Part shown: positions 30,020 to 40,955 of the stretch, piece after piece | How the letters are laid out: each line of letters begins with the position of its first letter | Numbering within the stretch: position 1 is the first letter of the stretch | Notes under the pieces: generated by a model | Seen by the model: the letters and a program-made list of their open reading frames with translations, nothing else | Told to the model about the DNA's origin: nothing | Database searches by the model: none | Program-made: the position numbers and the translations under genes | Source of the DNA: Pseudarcicella hirudinis | Lineage (GTDB): Bacteria > Bacteroidota > Bacteroidia > Cytophagales > Spirosomataceae | Reading direction: 5' to 3' | DNA length: 64,000 bases | Assembly: GCF_900115665.1 (NCBI RefSeq) | Contig: NZ_FOXH01000001.1 | Coordinates: 179,777-243,776 of the forward strand

Positions 30020-30994
30020 ATGAAGAATAAAGTTCTAAAATCCCTCGGCCCTTTTCTGCCATTTCTGGTAGTATTTGTTATGTGTTCCTGTTCCAAAGAA
30101 CGTTTTGATGTTTTGAAGAAAGAAGATCCTGAAGCAGTTAAAGTTGCAGAAAAAGCGGCGGATGAGCTGAAGCTTAAGGCTATTGCGGCACCACCCATCA
30201 CGCTTTTTATGAAATGGAAGAAAAAGCCTGTAAAAGCCACCTTAAAACTTAAACCTGATTCTACTGTAAAATGTGAAGGCGGTACCTCTCTTCAATTTAT
30301 GCCAAATACTTTTGTGGATGAGAATGGACGGGTTGTTCAATATCCGGTAGATCTGGAGATTATTGAACTGCTTACTCCTAAAGACATGATAACGAACCAG
30401 ATGCCTACTGTTTCCGATAAGAGATTACTGGTAACCGGAGGAGAGATAAATATAAAGGCGTTCAAAGATAACCAGAGTTTAACAGTTGTTCCGGGAGGTT
30501 ATTCTGTCATAATATCAGCGGATTCTGTTGACACCAGGATGAGTATTTTTTATGGAAAGGAATCAAAAGGAATTGTAAACTGGGTACCCTCAGATTCATC
30601 CGGTGCGCCAAAAGATTCCGTATCTCAAATACTTTTCAGACAGAAAGCATATCAGATGTTTCCCAGAGAATTGGGTTGGATAAATTGCGACAGGTTCTAT
30701 GATTTTCAGGGCGCTAAAACCAATGTGAAATTTGTTTCAGAATTTCCGAATATCTCATATATCTATACATTCATGTATTTTGACAGAATCAAGTCGTTAG
30801 CCCAGGTGTACGGCGATATTTCATTACCTGTTCCTGTCGGAGAACATGTTAAGATCGTTTCCATAGCAGCAACAAGCGAATTAACGATATTTGCCTTTAT
30901 CAAGGAATATATCGTTGAAGCAAATCAGGTGGTTGAAATAAAGCTCACAAAGATTGAAGAAGAAGAATTGATGAAACTGCTGGATAAGTTTTGA
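30020..30994 (+). CDS. Hypothetical lipoprotein
   Basis: Lipobox FVMCSCSK. No recognisable catalytic motifs. Confidence 0.45.
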   Translation: MKNKVLKSLGPFLPFLVVFVMCSCSKERFDVLKKEDPEAVKVAEKAADELKLKAIAAPPITLFMKWKKKPVKATLKLKPDSTVKCEGGTSLQFMPNTFVDENGRVVQYPVDLEIIELLTPKDMITNQMPTVSDKRLLVTGGEINIKAFKDNQSLTVVPGGYSVIISADSVDTRMSIFYGKESKGIVNWVPSDSSGAPKDSVSQILFRQKAYQMFPRELGWINCDRFYDFQGAKTNVKFVSEFPNISYIYTFMYFDRIKSLAQVYGDISLPVPVGEHVKIVSIAATSELTIFAFIKEYIVEANQVVEIKLTKIEEEELMKLLDKF

Positions 30995-31052
30995 GGATTT
31001 GACAAAAACGGGATTGAAAATGCGCTTTTCAATCCCATTAAGTAATCAATTA

Positions 31053-32948
31053 TTACTGGTTCTCTTCTTTGGTGGATTTTGATGAAACCGATTCTGCTTT
31101 TTTGCCGACTTCCTCCATTAATCGTAATCCTAACAAACCACTTAAAGCGCCATTCTGGTCTCCGGAACCACCTGTAATTAAAATATCAGGAATTACTTTA
31201 ATCTTCTCTTTACCAATACTTTCCGTGATTTTCAATTGTGTGAAATTACTTTCACCCATCGCTGAAACCGCAAGTTGATAGGCCTCAGCATCTGCTTTAC
31301 CGATTGCCAGAATTTTCCCGGCCTCCGCGGCACCTGTTTTACTGATTTTCTCCGCTTCCGCATTTGCGATTAACTTAATCCGTTCAGACTCCGCACTGGC
31401 GGCAACTTTTACACGCTCCGCTTCCGCACCCGCTTGCAGTTTTACGCTTTGTGCTTCTCCCTGTGCTTTTTTCACTGAGGCATCTGCAACTCTTTCAGCA
31501 ATAACAACACCCTGATCAGCTTTAACAATGTCCTTCTGAATTTCAGCAATGGCAGTTTCTTTTTCCAATGCCTGGCGTGTTTCCTGAGCCAGTTTCTGAG
31601 TTTCATAGGTTACTTTTTGCTCCTCTGCCAGCTTTCTGTCAGTCAGCGTTTTCATCAATGATTCAGGCGGAACAATATCTCCGATTAATGTATCTACAGC
31701 GTTTACATTGTACTGAGATAAAACATCCCCGATATATCTTCTGGCTGTTTCCTGACGTTCTTTTCTTGAACCAAGGAAGGAGATTACATCTGAATCCTGA
31801 GCGGAGTTACGGAAATAGTTACCGATTGTTGGTTCCAGAACCTGACTTACAAGGTTGTTCATATTTCCGAATCGGGCAATTACTTTGGGTGCCTCAAAGT
31901 TTGGAATATGAATAATTTGAGAAACGTCCAGATTAAATGGGAAACCATCTTTTGACCGGACGGTTATCGTTGAAAGATTTTTGTCTAACTGATGTGATTC
32001 TGACCTCGCACTTGCCCAGTTCAACACCAGATTGGTAGTCGGAACAATCTCAATTCTTTGGATATAAGTATTGACAGGATATTTTCCAGGACCAAGTGGT
32101 TCAGCCCAAACACCTTTAAAGCCTTTGGAAAATATGTTTCCGTGTTTAAATTCTGAACCGCTGACGTCAACACCTTCTTCCCCTACATATGAAATAACTA
32201 CACCAACATTTCCAATCGGAATTTCGGTCATATGGATTTCCTGAATTTTCGCAAACCAGGGATTCAGGTTATAAGATCCTGCCAGAATCACCTGTTGCTG
32301 AAGTCCTTTATTTCCTCCTTTGCTCAGAAAGGCATCAGCATCCTGAAAATTATTATGACCATCTACCCATTTCCCGGCAATCTGTCCTGCTTCAATTGAT
32401 GCACCATCCATTGTTGTGATAATTCCTACCATGTTTTCATGGATTTCGATCATACTGGTAACTTCCACATCAAACAGGAATGTATTAATCCTGTAGGACC
32501 CCGCAGTGATGACTGCCGACTGCCGGCCTTTTCTGCCACCATTTCGTAAAAATGCTTCTGTATCCTGAAAACCGTCACATTCTACTTTACGACCCAGAAT
32601 AAATCCTGTTTCAAGCTCTTTTCCGTCTTTGGCCAGAACTAACCCGATTGTTCCGGTAGGAATAATTGTCAATGGCTGAAGTGTAATATCATACTGCCAG
32701 ATCCAGTACCAGAAATAAATCCCGGGAGCGAGCGGTTTTGCCTGAAATCCGGCTTCTCCCTCAATGGCAATAATGCGGCCTTCCGGCAAAGACTTCTTGT
32801 CTCCAAATAAGACGAACTTTTTAGTAACAAGCCCGATCCGGTCTTCCGGCACAATGATTATTCCCAACAGACGAAATAAAGATTTGTAAAAAAACACACA
32901 TAGCAATGGCACAGCAATGCTTATGATAGTAGGAATAGAAATGGACAT
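31053..32948 (-). CDS. Flotillin/SPFH (band-7)-family membrane protein
   Basis: N-terminal TM. SPFH-like core. C-terminal Ala/Glu-rich coiled-coil repeats (...AEAERVKVAASAESERIKLIANAEAEKISKTGAAEAGKILAIGKADAEAYQ...) typical of flotillins. Confidence 0.75.
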   Translation of the reverse strand: MSISIPTIISIAVPLLCVFFYKSLFRLLGIIIVPEDRIGLVTKKFVLFGDKKSLPEGRIIAIEGEAGFQAKPLAPGIYFWYWIWQYDITLQPLTIIPTGTIGLVLAKDGKELETGFILGRKVECDGFQDTEAFLRNGGRKGRQSAVITAGSYRINTFLFDVEVTSMIEIHENMVGIITTMDGASIEAGQIAGKWVDGHNNFQDADAFLSKGGNKGLQQQVILAGSYNLNPWFAKIQEIHMTEIPIGNVGVVISYVGEEGVDVSGSEFKHGNIFSKGFKGVWAEPLGPGKYPVNTYIQRIEIVPTTNLVLNWASARSESHQLDKNLSTITVRSKDGFPFNLDVSQIIHIPNFEAPKVIARFGNMNNLVSQVLEPTIGNYFRNSAQDSDVISFLGSRKERQETARRYIGDVLSQYNVNAVDTLIGDIVPPESLMKTLTDRKLAEEQKVTYETQKLAQETRQALEKETAIAEIQKDIVKADQGVVIAERVADASVKKAQGEAQSVKLQAGAEAERVKVAASAESERIKLIANAEAEKISKTGAAEAGKILAIGKADAEAYQLAVSAMGESNFTQLKITESIGKEKIKVIPDILITGGSGDQNGALSGLLGLRLMEEVGKKAESVSSKSTKEENQ

Positions 32949-33199
32949 TTGCTTAATTGTTTTGGTTGTAAGTATATTTAAAATACAGGAATCTGAGCAC
33001 TTAAGAAGGCCTTCCTGATGAATTTGTGGGTCAAATATGGCGAGATACCCAGCTCATTATACGGATTTGTGAAGAACGGTTTACTTTTGACTTAATTGGA
33101 TTTTTTCGGGTTGAAACAATAGCCGGCAGACAGGTTCTGTGAAAATGGCTCTATGGAATTTATATTAGAGAATCTTCTGAAACTACTTCCTGAAAATAC

Positions 33200-33242
33200 A
33201 AAAAAGGTGGCTGTTTCCAATCAGAAACAGCCACCTTTTTTA
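33200..33242. terminator. Rho-independent terminator downstream of the minus-strand pgl gene
   Basis: aaaaaaggtggctgtttc-caat-cagaaacagccacctttttt. Confidence 0.65.
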
Positions 33243-33261
33243 TAGACATGAAATACTTCTT

Positions 33262-33999
33262 TTAAGCAGATTTATGGCTTAATTCTGAAGCTGCCGGTTC
33301 ATCAAGAAACCATTGTAAATCACCCCCTTCTTCCGGGATAATTAACTGAGCAGGATAATTATCAATGTCTTCTTCATCTTCAATAATATGATGAACAGCA
33401 ATTGCTTTTCCTTCTCCGTAAACCAGATACGCAATATTGAAAGCCTTGTTAATCAAGGGTGCAGTAAGGGTAATTCTGAAAACCTGCTGATCTTGCAGGA
33501 ATACTGATTTTACCGAAGCCGTTTTGTCATGTAATACAGGCGTATAAGGGAACAGAGATGCCGTATGAGAATTGTCTCCCAGACCAAGTAATACCAAATC
33601 AAAACGCAAATCCTCTGAACCAAAAAATGCCAGAATTTCCTGCGTATATTTTTCAGCAGCGGCCTCAGGAGAAAGTGCTGTATCTACCGGAAAAACATGA
33701 GATTCCTGAATATTTAAAGGCGCAAACAAAGCTGTTTTAGCCATCAGGTAATTACTGTCGGCATGCGTATGCGGAACATTGCGCTCATCTCCGAAGAAGA
33801 AATATACATGGTTCCAGTCTACCCGGTTTTTAAAGGCATCTGAGGCAAGAAGTTCATATAACTTCTTTGGAGAAGAACCTCCGGAAAGAGCAACTGAAAA
33901 TTTGCCCTTTCCTTTGATTGACTGATTTGCTGTTTCAACAAAATATTCTGCCAGACCGCTCAGTACTTCATCGGCAGATTTAAATACGTTAATTTTCAT
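33262..33999 (-). CDS. pgl: 6-phosphogluconolactonase
   Basis: SGGSSPKKLYELL... matches the DevB/Pgl family. It lies directly downstream of zwf. Confidence 0.85.
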   Translation of the reverse strand: MKINVFKSADEVLSGLAEYFVETANQSIKGKGKFSVALSGGSSPKKLYELLASDAFKNRVDWNHVYFFFGDERNVPHTHADSNYLMAKTALFAPLNIQESHVFPVDTALSPEAAAEKYTQEILAFFGSEDLRFDLVLLGLGDNSHTASLFPYTPVLHDKTASVKSVFLQDQQVFRITLTAPLINKAFNIAYLVYGEGKAIAVHHIIEDEEDIDNYPAQLIIPEEGGDLQWFLDEPAASELSHKSA

Positions 34000-34005
34000 A
34001 TGATA

Positions 34006-35520
34006 TTATTTTTTCCCTGCCAATGGTAAAGAAAACCAGTGAAAACCGTCACGGGCGATAAGCGCTTCCGCTACTTCCGGACCCCATGAATCAGCTGAAT
34101 AATTAGGGAAACTTAAACTTTTCTTAGCTTCCCAGGTACTCAGAATCGGCATAATCAGATCCCAGGCAGCTTCTACCTGATCTCCTCTCATAAACAAAGT
34201 CTGATCCCCCAGCATTGTATCCAAAAGAAGTGTTTCATACGCTTCAGGTGCCTGATTGGTATAAGTACCTTTGTAATCAAATACCATATCAACTGTATTA
34301 AGCACCATATCCAGACCAGGACGTTTTGCCTGAACCTGCAGACGAATACTCATTTCCGGTTGAATACTGATAATCAATCTGTTTTGCTGCCAGCTCTCAG
34401 AAGCTTCCGTAGGGAAAATCATGTGAGGAACATCTTTGAACTGAATGGTAATGATTGAAGATGACTGGTGCATTCTTTTTCCGGTTCTTACATAGAACGG
34501 AACACCATGCCAGCGCCAGTTGTCAACAAAGAATTTAACAGCCGCAAAAGTTTCAGTATTGGAATCAGGATTTACTTTTGATTCTTCTCTGTATCCCGGA
34601 ACTTCCTTGCCTTCAATCCATCCTTTTGAATATTGACCTCTTACCGCAGAAAAACGGACATCGTCAGGAGAGAATCTGCGCATCGCTTTCAGCACATCTA
34701 CCTTACGGTCACGTACTTCGTCTGCATTAAAGCTTACCGGAGATTCCATGGCTACCAGACAAAGTAACTGCAACAGGTGATTCTGGATCATATCACGCAT
34801 AGCACCTGCGCCGTCATAATAATCTCCGCGGTCACCTACACCTAATTGCTCTGTTACAGAAATCTGAACGTGCTCAATATAGTTACGATTCCAGATTGGC
34901 TCAAGAATAGAATTGGCAAAACGGAAGGCCATGATATTCTGAACAGTCTCTTTCCCTAAATAATGGTCGATCCGATAAATCTGATGCTCATCAAATATAC
35001 TTGCCAATAATTTGTTAAGCTCTTTTGAAGATTCAAGATCATGTCCGAAAGGTTTTTCAATAACAATTCTGGATTTTTCAGGATCATCTGCCAATTTACT
35101 TTTCTTAATGTTTTCGGCAATAATCGGGAAAAAGTTCGGAGAAACAGCCAGGTAATAAATTACGTTTGCTTTAGTGTTCCATTCTGCATTGTGATTTTCA
35201 ATTCTCTTACCGAATTCCTGATAAGTACTGGCATCTTTTGCATCTGAAACCTGATAAAAGATGTGTTTTGAAAACTCATCCCATTTTTCCTGCTGTACTT
35301 TCCCGCTTCTTGAAAACTGATTGATTCCGTCCAGTAGTTTTTCAGCAAACTGCTCGTCAGATAATGGGGTACGTCCTGTGCCAATAATTGAAAACTGCTC
35401 TGGCAGCCAGCCTTCAAGGAAAAGATTGTATAAAGCCGGGGCCAGTTTTCTCTGATTGAGATCACCTGTACCACCGAAAATAATAAATATCGTTGGTTGC
35501 GATTTGATTGTCGAATACAT
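34006..35520 (-). CDS. zwf: Glucose-6-phosphate 1-dehydrogenase
   Basis: IFGGTGDLNQRKLAPALYNL NADP-binding motif. RIDHYLGKE active-site motif. Canonical ~500-aa length. Confidence 0.95.
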   Translation of the reverse strand: MYSTIKSQPTIFIIFGGTGDLNQRKLAPALYNLFLEGWLPEQFSIIGTGRTPLSDEQFAEKLLDGINQFSRSGKVQQEKWDEFSKHIFYQVSDAKDASTYQEFGKRIENHNAEWNTKANVIYYLAVSPNFFPIIAENIKKSKLADDPEKSRIVIEKPFGHDLESSKELNKLLASIFDEHQIYRIDHYLGKETVQNIMAFRFANSILEPIWNRNYIEHVQISVTEQLGVGDRGDYYDGAGAMRDMIQNHLLQLLCLVAMESPVSFNADEVRDRKVDVLKAMRRFSPDDVRFSAVRGQYSKGWIEGKEVPGYREESKVNPDSNTETFAAVKFFVDNWRWHGVPFYVRTGKRMHQSSSIITIQFKDVPHMIFPTEASESWQQNRLIISIQPEMSIRLQVQAKRPGLDMVLNTVDMVFDYKGTYTNQAPEAYETLLLDTMLGDQTLFMRGDQVEAAWDLIMPILSTWEAKKSLSFPNYSADSWGPEVAEALIARDGFHWFSLPLAGKK

Positions 35521-35560
35521 GATTATAAAATTTAATCAGTAAAATTTAAAGAATTGTTTG

Positions 35561-36985
35561 TTAGATTTTCTCCACCCACTGCGTATGGAACACACCTTCC
35601 TTACCAATTAGTTCGTAAGTATGAGCTCCGAAATAATCACGTTGTGCCTGTACAAGGTTAGAAGGCATTCTTCCGCTTTTGAAAGCATCAAAATAACTTA
35701 GTGAAGCTGTATATGCCGGAATGGCAATTCCTACAGCAGTGGATTTAGATACTACCGATCTCATGCCCGGAAGGCTTTCTTTGATCAGTGCTGCTACTGC
35801 TTCATCCAGTAAAAGATGTGGTAATGCAGGTGCTTTCTGGAAAGCGTTATAAATTTCGTTCAGGAAGCCGGATCTGATGATACAGCCGCCACGCCAGATT
35901 TTAGCAATTTCATCGAGTTTAAGGTCGTATCCAAATTCTTCAGATGCTTTAGATAACAAATGAAGACCCTGAGCATATGAAAGTACCATGCTAAAATAAA
36001 AAGCCTGCTCTAATTCGGTCAGAAATGCCTCTTTGTCAACATCAAGTGCCAAAGAACTCTGGTTATAAATCTGATCCGCTTTTTCTCTTAAACTTTTATA
36101 TTTTGAAAGATCACGCATCGAAACCGCAGTATCGATTGTAGGAATCGGAGCCATAAGGTCCATAGCTACCTGTGAAGTCCATTTTCCGGTTCCTTTCGAC
36201 TTGGCTTCATCCTTGATGTCATCAAGTAATAAATGATCACTTCCGGGAGCGATATAACCAAAGATATCTCTGGTTACTTCCATCAGGAATGATTGCAGAC
36301 GGCCTTCATTCCATTTGATGAAAACCTGGTGAATTTCTTCATTTTTCAATTGCAGGCCTCTCTGCATCACTTCATAGGTTTCAGCAAGAAGTTGCATTAA
36401 GCCATATTCGATACCATTGTGAACCATTTTAACAAAGTGGCCTGCTGCACCTGGTCCGATATAAGTTACGCAGGGAGCACCTTCTACTTTTGCCGCAATT
36501 GATTCAAGAATAGGTTTCATTACATTATAAGCCTCTTTGTCACCACCAGGCATCATACTAGGGCCTCTTCTTGCACCTTCTTCGCCGCCTGAAATACCCA
36601 TGCCAAAGAAATGGAAGCCTTTGCTTTCAAGGTATTCAACTCTGCGGTTAGTGTCAGTGAAATGAGAGTTTCCTCCGTCAATAAGGATGTCACCTTTATC
36701 TAAATATGGTAATAGTTCTTCGATTACGCTATCAACGATTTTTCCGGCAGGAACAAGCATCATAATGGCTTTCGGACTTGTCAGACTGGCTGTAAATTCC
36801 TTTACATCACTAAATCCTTTCACCTTGGTGTTCTTGCCTTCTTCTTCCAATAAAGCCCCTTTAGAGGCATCTTTGTCATATCCTGCTCCGGCTACTCCGT
36901 GGTCAGCCATATTAAGCAAAAGGTTGCGACCCATTGTTCCAAGGCCAATCATGCCAAAATTGTATTTATCCGCTGAATTGCTCAT
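35561..36985 (-). CDS. gnd: 6-phosphogluconate dehydrogenase, decarboxylating
   Basis: GMIGLGTMGRNLLLNMADHG Rossmann N-terminus. Conserved Gnd central and C-terminal regions. ~470 aa. Confidence 0.95.
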   Translation of the reverse strand: MSNSADKYNFGMIGLGTMGRNLLLNMADHGVAGAGYDKDASKGALLEEEGKNTKVKGFSDVKEFTASLTSPKAIMMLVPAGKIVDSVIEELLPYLDKGDILIDGGNSHFTDTNRRVEYLESKGFHFFGMGISGGEEGARRGPSMMPGGDKEAYNVMKPILESIAAKVEGAPCVTYIGPGAAGHFVKMVHNGIEYGLMQLLAETYEVMQRGLQLKNEEIHQVFIKWNEGRLQSFLMEVTRDIFGYIAPGSDHLLLDDIKDEAKSKGTGKWTSQVAMDLMAPIPTIDTAVSMRDLSKYKSLREKADQIYNQSSLALDVDKEAFLTELEQAFYFSMVLSYAQGLHLLSKASEEFGYDLKLDEIAKIWRGGCIIRSGFLNEIYNAFQKAPALPHLLLDEAVAALIKESLPGMRSVVSKSTAVGIAIPAYTASLSYFDAFKSGRMPSNLVQAQRDYFGAHTYELIGKEGVFHTQWVEKI

Positions 36986-37111
36986 TATTGAATGAAAGTT
37001 TAATTTAAGATTTTTGATAGTTAATTTATGTCAGAATTTTACTGAAGCCTGTCGGGGGATCAGACAACTGTGTCAGTTCTGTATGGTAAAACCCTCTGCC
37101 GGGGATGCAGA

Positions 37112-37570
37112 CTAAGTTCTCAGGTTTTCATGTTCAAGGAGACGGACTTTTCCAAGCCTTCTCATATGTCTTTCTTCTGCCGTAAAGCGGGCATTCAGAA
37201 AAGCAGTAATTAATTCTCTGGCTGCCATGCTTCCGGTTACTCTTCCGCCGAGGCAAAGCATATTGAGATCATCATCTTCTACACCCTGATGGGCTGAAAA
37301 ATGATCATTGATCAGCGCCGCTCTGACTCCTGAAATTTTATTGGCTGCCACTGAAGCCCCAACACCGCTGCCACAAACAGCAATCCCTCTCTCTACAGTC
37401 TGGTCTGCAATTGCTCTTGCCAATGGTACTACAAAATCCGGATAGTCATCCAGATTGTTTAACTCAAAAGCTCCGAAATCCTGCACTTCATGGCCTAAAG
37501 ATACCAGATATGAATGGATGTTTTCTTTCAGTTCGTATCCGCCATGGTCAGCTGCTATTCCTATTTTCAT
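37112..37570 (-). CDS. rpiB: Ribose-5-phosphate isomerase B (RpiB/LacA/LacB family)
   Basis: MKIGIAADHGGYELKE...CGSGVGASVAANK. ~150 aa. Confidence 0.9.
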   Translation of the reverse strand: MKIGIAADHGGYELKENIHSYLVSLGHEVQDFGAFELNNLDDYPDFVVPLARAIADQTVERGIAVCGSGVGASVAANKISGVRAALINDHFSAHQGVEDDDLNMLCLGGRVTGSMAARELITAFLNARFTAEERHMRRLGKVRLLEHENLRT

Positions 37571-37617
37571 ATTGAGAGATATGTTAGTTAGCCTTATATC
37601 GCTTGTTTTAAGAATTT

Positions 37618-38340
37618 CTATAATTTGTCATCATTAGTCCATAACCTGACTCCTCCTTTGATTCCATCCTTATTGCTGACAATTTTTATATTACTGTCTA
37701 AGGTAAAATTCAGTTTGTTGGAGTTACCTCCACCAATGTACAAAGTATCATAATTGAAAACGGTTTTGAGATAGTCCAGTACCTTTTTCATACGTTTATT
37801 CCATTTTTCGGCCCCTTCTTTCTCTAATGCCTTTTCTCCGATATAATCATCGTAGGTACTGTTTTTAGTAACCGGATGATGAGCAAGTTCAAGATGAGGA
37901 AGAAGCTGTCCGTTTAATAACACTGCTGTCCCGAATCCTGTTCCTAGGGTAATCACAATTTCAAAACCTTTTCCGTCAACAACCCCCAGACCCTGCATAT
38001 CTGCATCATTTACAACCCTTGTCGGCTTGCCAAGTGCTTTTTCCAGTTTTTTCACCAGATCAGTTTTAGCCCAAAGCTGTGTTCCAAGATTAGGAGCAGT
38101 CATTACCACACCATTCCGCACATAACCCGGAAAACCCACAGAAACCCTGTCAAATTCAGGGAAATTCCTGATTAGTCCTTTTAAAGCATTTATCAGACTA
38201 TCCGGATCGGCCGGCGAGGGAGTAGGCGTTTTCTGATATTCTACCTGAAGTTCTCCTTTATTGTTCAGAACGGTAGCCTTTATATTGGATCCTCCTATGT
38301 CAACGGAAAGAATGCGTAATTCAGCCAGAGATTGTGCCAT
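37618..38340 (-). CDS. ROK-family sugar kinase (glucokinase/polyphosphate-glucokinase-like)
   Basis: LSVDIGGSNIKATVL N-terminal ATPase motif with ROK-like glycine-rich segments. It is the first gene of the pentose-phosphate operon. Confidence 0.7.
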   Translation of the reverse strand: MAQSLAELRILSVDIGGSNIKATVLNNKGELQVEYQKTPTPSPADPDSLINALKGLIRNFPEFDRVSVGFPGYVRNGVVMTAPNLGTQLWAKTDLVKKLEKALGKPTRVVNDADMQGLGVVDGKGFEIVITLGTGFGTAVLLNGQLLPHLELAHHPVTKNSTYDDYIGEKALEKEGAEKWNKRMKKVLDYLKTVFNYDTLYIGGGNSNKLNFTLDSNIKIVSNKDGIKGGVRLWTNDDKL

Positions 38341-38965
38341 TTAATAATCGAATTGGTTAGAATATGTATAAAAGTACTGTTGAAAATTGTTGCAATTAAT
38401 AAAAATGAATTAAATAATTTATTCTTCCGGTATGAGAAGAATCTGATTCAGCGCTTGAAAAGCCTGCTTTAATCCGGTTTTCGGAAAAAAATCAGGCAAA
38501 TGCCTGCTGAGCTTTCTGAAATTCTTCAAATCCCTGAAAGAGAAACCATTAGATTTTAACGATTTTCCTATGTTTTCGCTGGTTTATACTTCAGGTGAAA
38601 CTGAATACAGGCCATTTCTCACCCAAAATGGTATTTAGCCTTCCGCTTCCTTTTACAAACTTACGTGTAAAATCCTTATTATCGGACTAAAAGTACCTCT
38701 CATAGTCATGCAAAATTTTGAGAGGGAGGATATTTAAATTAAAATATCAGATGCAAAAAATATAGAAAGGCTTAATAAAGAGTGTGTTAGCTGCCTGAAA
38801 GAGGATTTTGTGAAAAAAACGCAGGAAATATTTATTTTTTATGTAACCTGCCGCCTGCCGCGGGGAATATAGTTGTAAAAACAAACAAATAAACTCCGGC
38901 ATTTTGAAAGGCTGGCAAACTAACGGATTACCTAAACATATTTTTTAATTTAAATTCAAAAATTC

Positions 38966-39463
38966 ATGAAAAAAATCTTCTTACTCAAAGTATTGTTTGT
39001 GGCTGTTGTTATCTCATTGACCTCGCAGGCTTCTAAAGCCCAGTATATGTCTGCCGGGACAAGAACTGTAGATGCAGGCCTTTATCTGCCAAGCGGCTTT
39101 ACGGTTTTCAAAGCGAATCTGATGTATGGTGTGGCCAATAACATCAGTGTCGGAGGTCAGGTAGAATTGGCTTCAGGAACCGGAAGCAGTGAGTTCGGAT
39201 TGAACGGACGGGCAAATTATCATTTTGCACAATTAATGGGATTAGAGGATAATGTGAATATCTACGGAGGGGTTTCAATTGGTAAATATTTCGCAGAAGG
39301 TCTTAAGGACATCGGTATTCTCGGACAAATAGGTGGCGGATATATGTTTAATGATAAGATAGGAGCACATGCTGAAGTTCGTTTCGGTTTGTCTAAAGGT
39401 TATGCTCTTACAGTGGATGGTTCTCAATTCGGATTAGGCCTGACTTTTAAGTTGGGGCAATAG
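38966..39463 (+). CDS. Small outer-membrane beta-barrel protein
   Basis: Signal ...LTSQASKAQ. Gly-rich amphipathic strands. Ends ...LGLTFKLGQ. Confidence 0.45.
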   Translation: MKKIFLLKVLFVAVVISLTSQASKAQYMSAGTRTVDAGLYLPSGFTVFKANLMYGVANNISVGGQVELASGTGSSEFGLNGRANYHFAQLMGLEDNVNIYGGVSIGKYFAEGLKDIGILGQIGGGYMFNDKIGAHAEVRFGLSKGYALTVDGSQFGLGLTFKLGQ

Positions 39464-39620
39464 CATTCAGGAAATGACCGGCTCTTCTGGTTTGCAGAAG
39501 AGCTTAAAGATAATTTTCCAAGGTGAAAATTGATTTAGAAGAGTGATGAATGTACTATTGAACCCATGAATAATCCCAGGCGTATCGATAGTACATTTTT
39601 ATATAATGTTATAACTTTGA

Positions 39621-40643
39621 TTGAATCCTAACCCGATTGCTATGAAAAGCAAAGCATTTTTCCGGATAATGTCTTTTGTACCTGTTCTTTCGGTTGCGAT
39701 CCTGACTGAATGTAAAACGGAACTGCCTCCCGTCATTTTAAGCAAATCAATCAGCGGAGTGAGGAATGATATTCCAAGAAAAGCGACAGATGCCTGTTTA
39801 ATCCGCTATGCTCAGGGGAATAATTTTATCGGTTTGAGTGATAAAGTTCAGTTAAGTGCTGTTTCTGATGCGTTTTCTGTCTGGCAGAAAGCCAATAAAA
39901 ATGTACTTTTTTTGAATTATAGTGTGCCTGAAAAGGCAGAAATACTGATAAAATTTGTTGAACCATCAGAAATAGGAGGGGATCGGGTCTTTTCAGGCGG
40001 CGGCTTATTCCCGATTGGAATTGCTAATCTTACCTCCGGTAAATTTGCCGGCAAACAATTTATCATTTCAATTGATAACACTTATCCCTGGACGAAGGAA
40101 AGTCTTAGCCGTGCCATTGCTTATCATGCTGGCCTTTTTTTAGGAATGGGTACCTCCGACAATGCCAGCTCAATCATGAATCCGTATCTGAATGATAAGA
40201 TAAAAACACTTTCTCTTAAAGATTCATTATCATATAATCAGCTATATTCCAGTTCATGTCGTGATCTGGATTGCAATTTTTTACCCATATCTTTTAAGTT
40301 AAATACGCTGGTAAATAAATGCCTGAAAATTGAAAAGGAGGGAACGGTTGTCATTAAAGCCTCCGGACAAATCTGGTTCGGGCAATGGCTGCAATATGGC
40401 AAACCTGATGGCAGGGCAGATGGTTTGTTTGGTTTTCCGCTGACAGGATACAAAATCGTTCCGGAGTTAAATTTCGGGGCATTGATGTACAAACTTAATC
40501 AGGAAAAAAGCTGGCATCCCTGCGGATCGGAATGTGAATTTAAGGTAGGAGCAAATCAGTACCTGGATTTAAGTCTCGATGTCAATGATAATGAAAAGGG
40601 AGATAATGCCGGTGAATTTGATATTCTGATAAATTATAAATAA
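39621..40643 (+). CDS. Matrixin (M10)-like lipoprotein with degenerate zinc site (pseudo-metalloprotease). Paralogue of 47425..48381
   Basis: Lipobox ...AILTEC. AFSVWQKANKNVLF (matrixin AFxxW...F). YPWTKESL (DExWT-like). AIAYHAGLFLGMGTS...SIMNPY aligns to HExxHxxGxxH...M-turn (xxMxP), with E replaced by A and two His replaced by F and G. Confidence 0.5.
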   Translation: MNPNPIAMKSKAFFRIMSFVPVLSVAILTECKTELPPVILSKSISGVRNDIPRKATDACLIRYAQGNNFIGLSDKVQLSAVSDAFSVWQKANKNVLFLNYSVPEKAEILIKFVEPSEIGGDRVFSGGGLFPIGIANLTSGKFAGKQFIISIDNTYPWTKESLSRAIAYHAGLFLGMGTSDNASSIMNPYLNDKIKTLSLKDSLSYNQLYSSSCRDLDCNFLPISFKLNTLVNKCLKIEKEGTVVIKASGQIWFGQWLQYGKPDGRADGLFGFPLTGYKIVPELNFGALMYKLNQEKSWHPCGSECEFKVGANQYLDLSLDVNDNEKGDNAGEFDILINYK

Positions 40644-40955
40644 TCTGTTTTTTTTGTTACCAAATGGTAAATATGAATGAGCCGCAGATTTTGCCATGAA
40701 GTGTTTTGTCTGAGAAATTTTCATCAGAATTTTAGATAAAGCACTAAAAAGAGAGAATTGTGCAAAAATCTGGTGGTCAATAAATTAAGGTTTGTTTTTG
40801 TATTCATGTTTCAGGGAGAAATATTAAATTTTAATAGGTTGAAACATCAGCTTCCCGATTGCTTTTTTGGGTATTTTTGAACATTTTTGTTGAGGAGCCT
40901 TCGATTTGAAAAGGTTTTACTCCTAACCATTTAATACCACCAAAATAATACGGGT

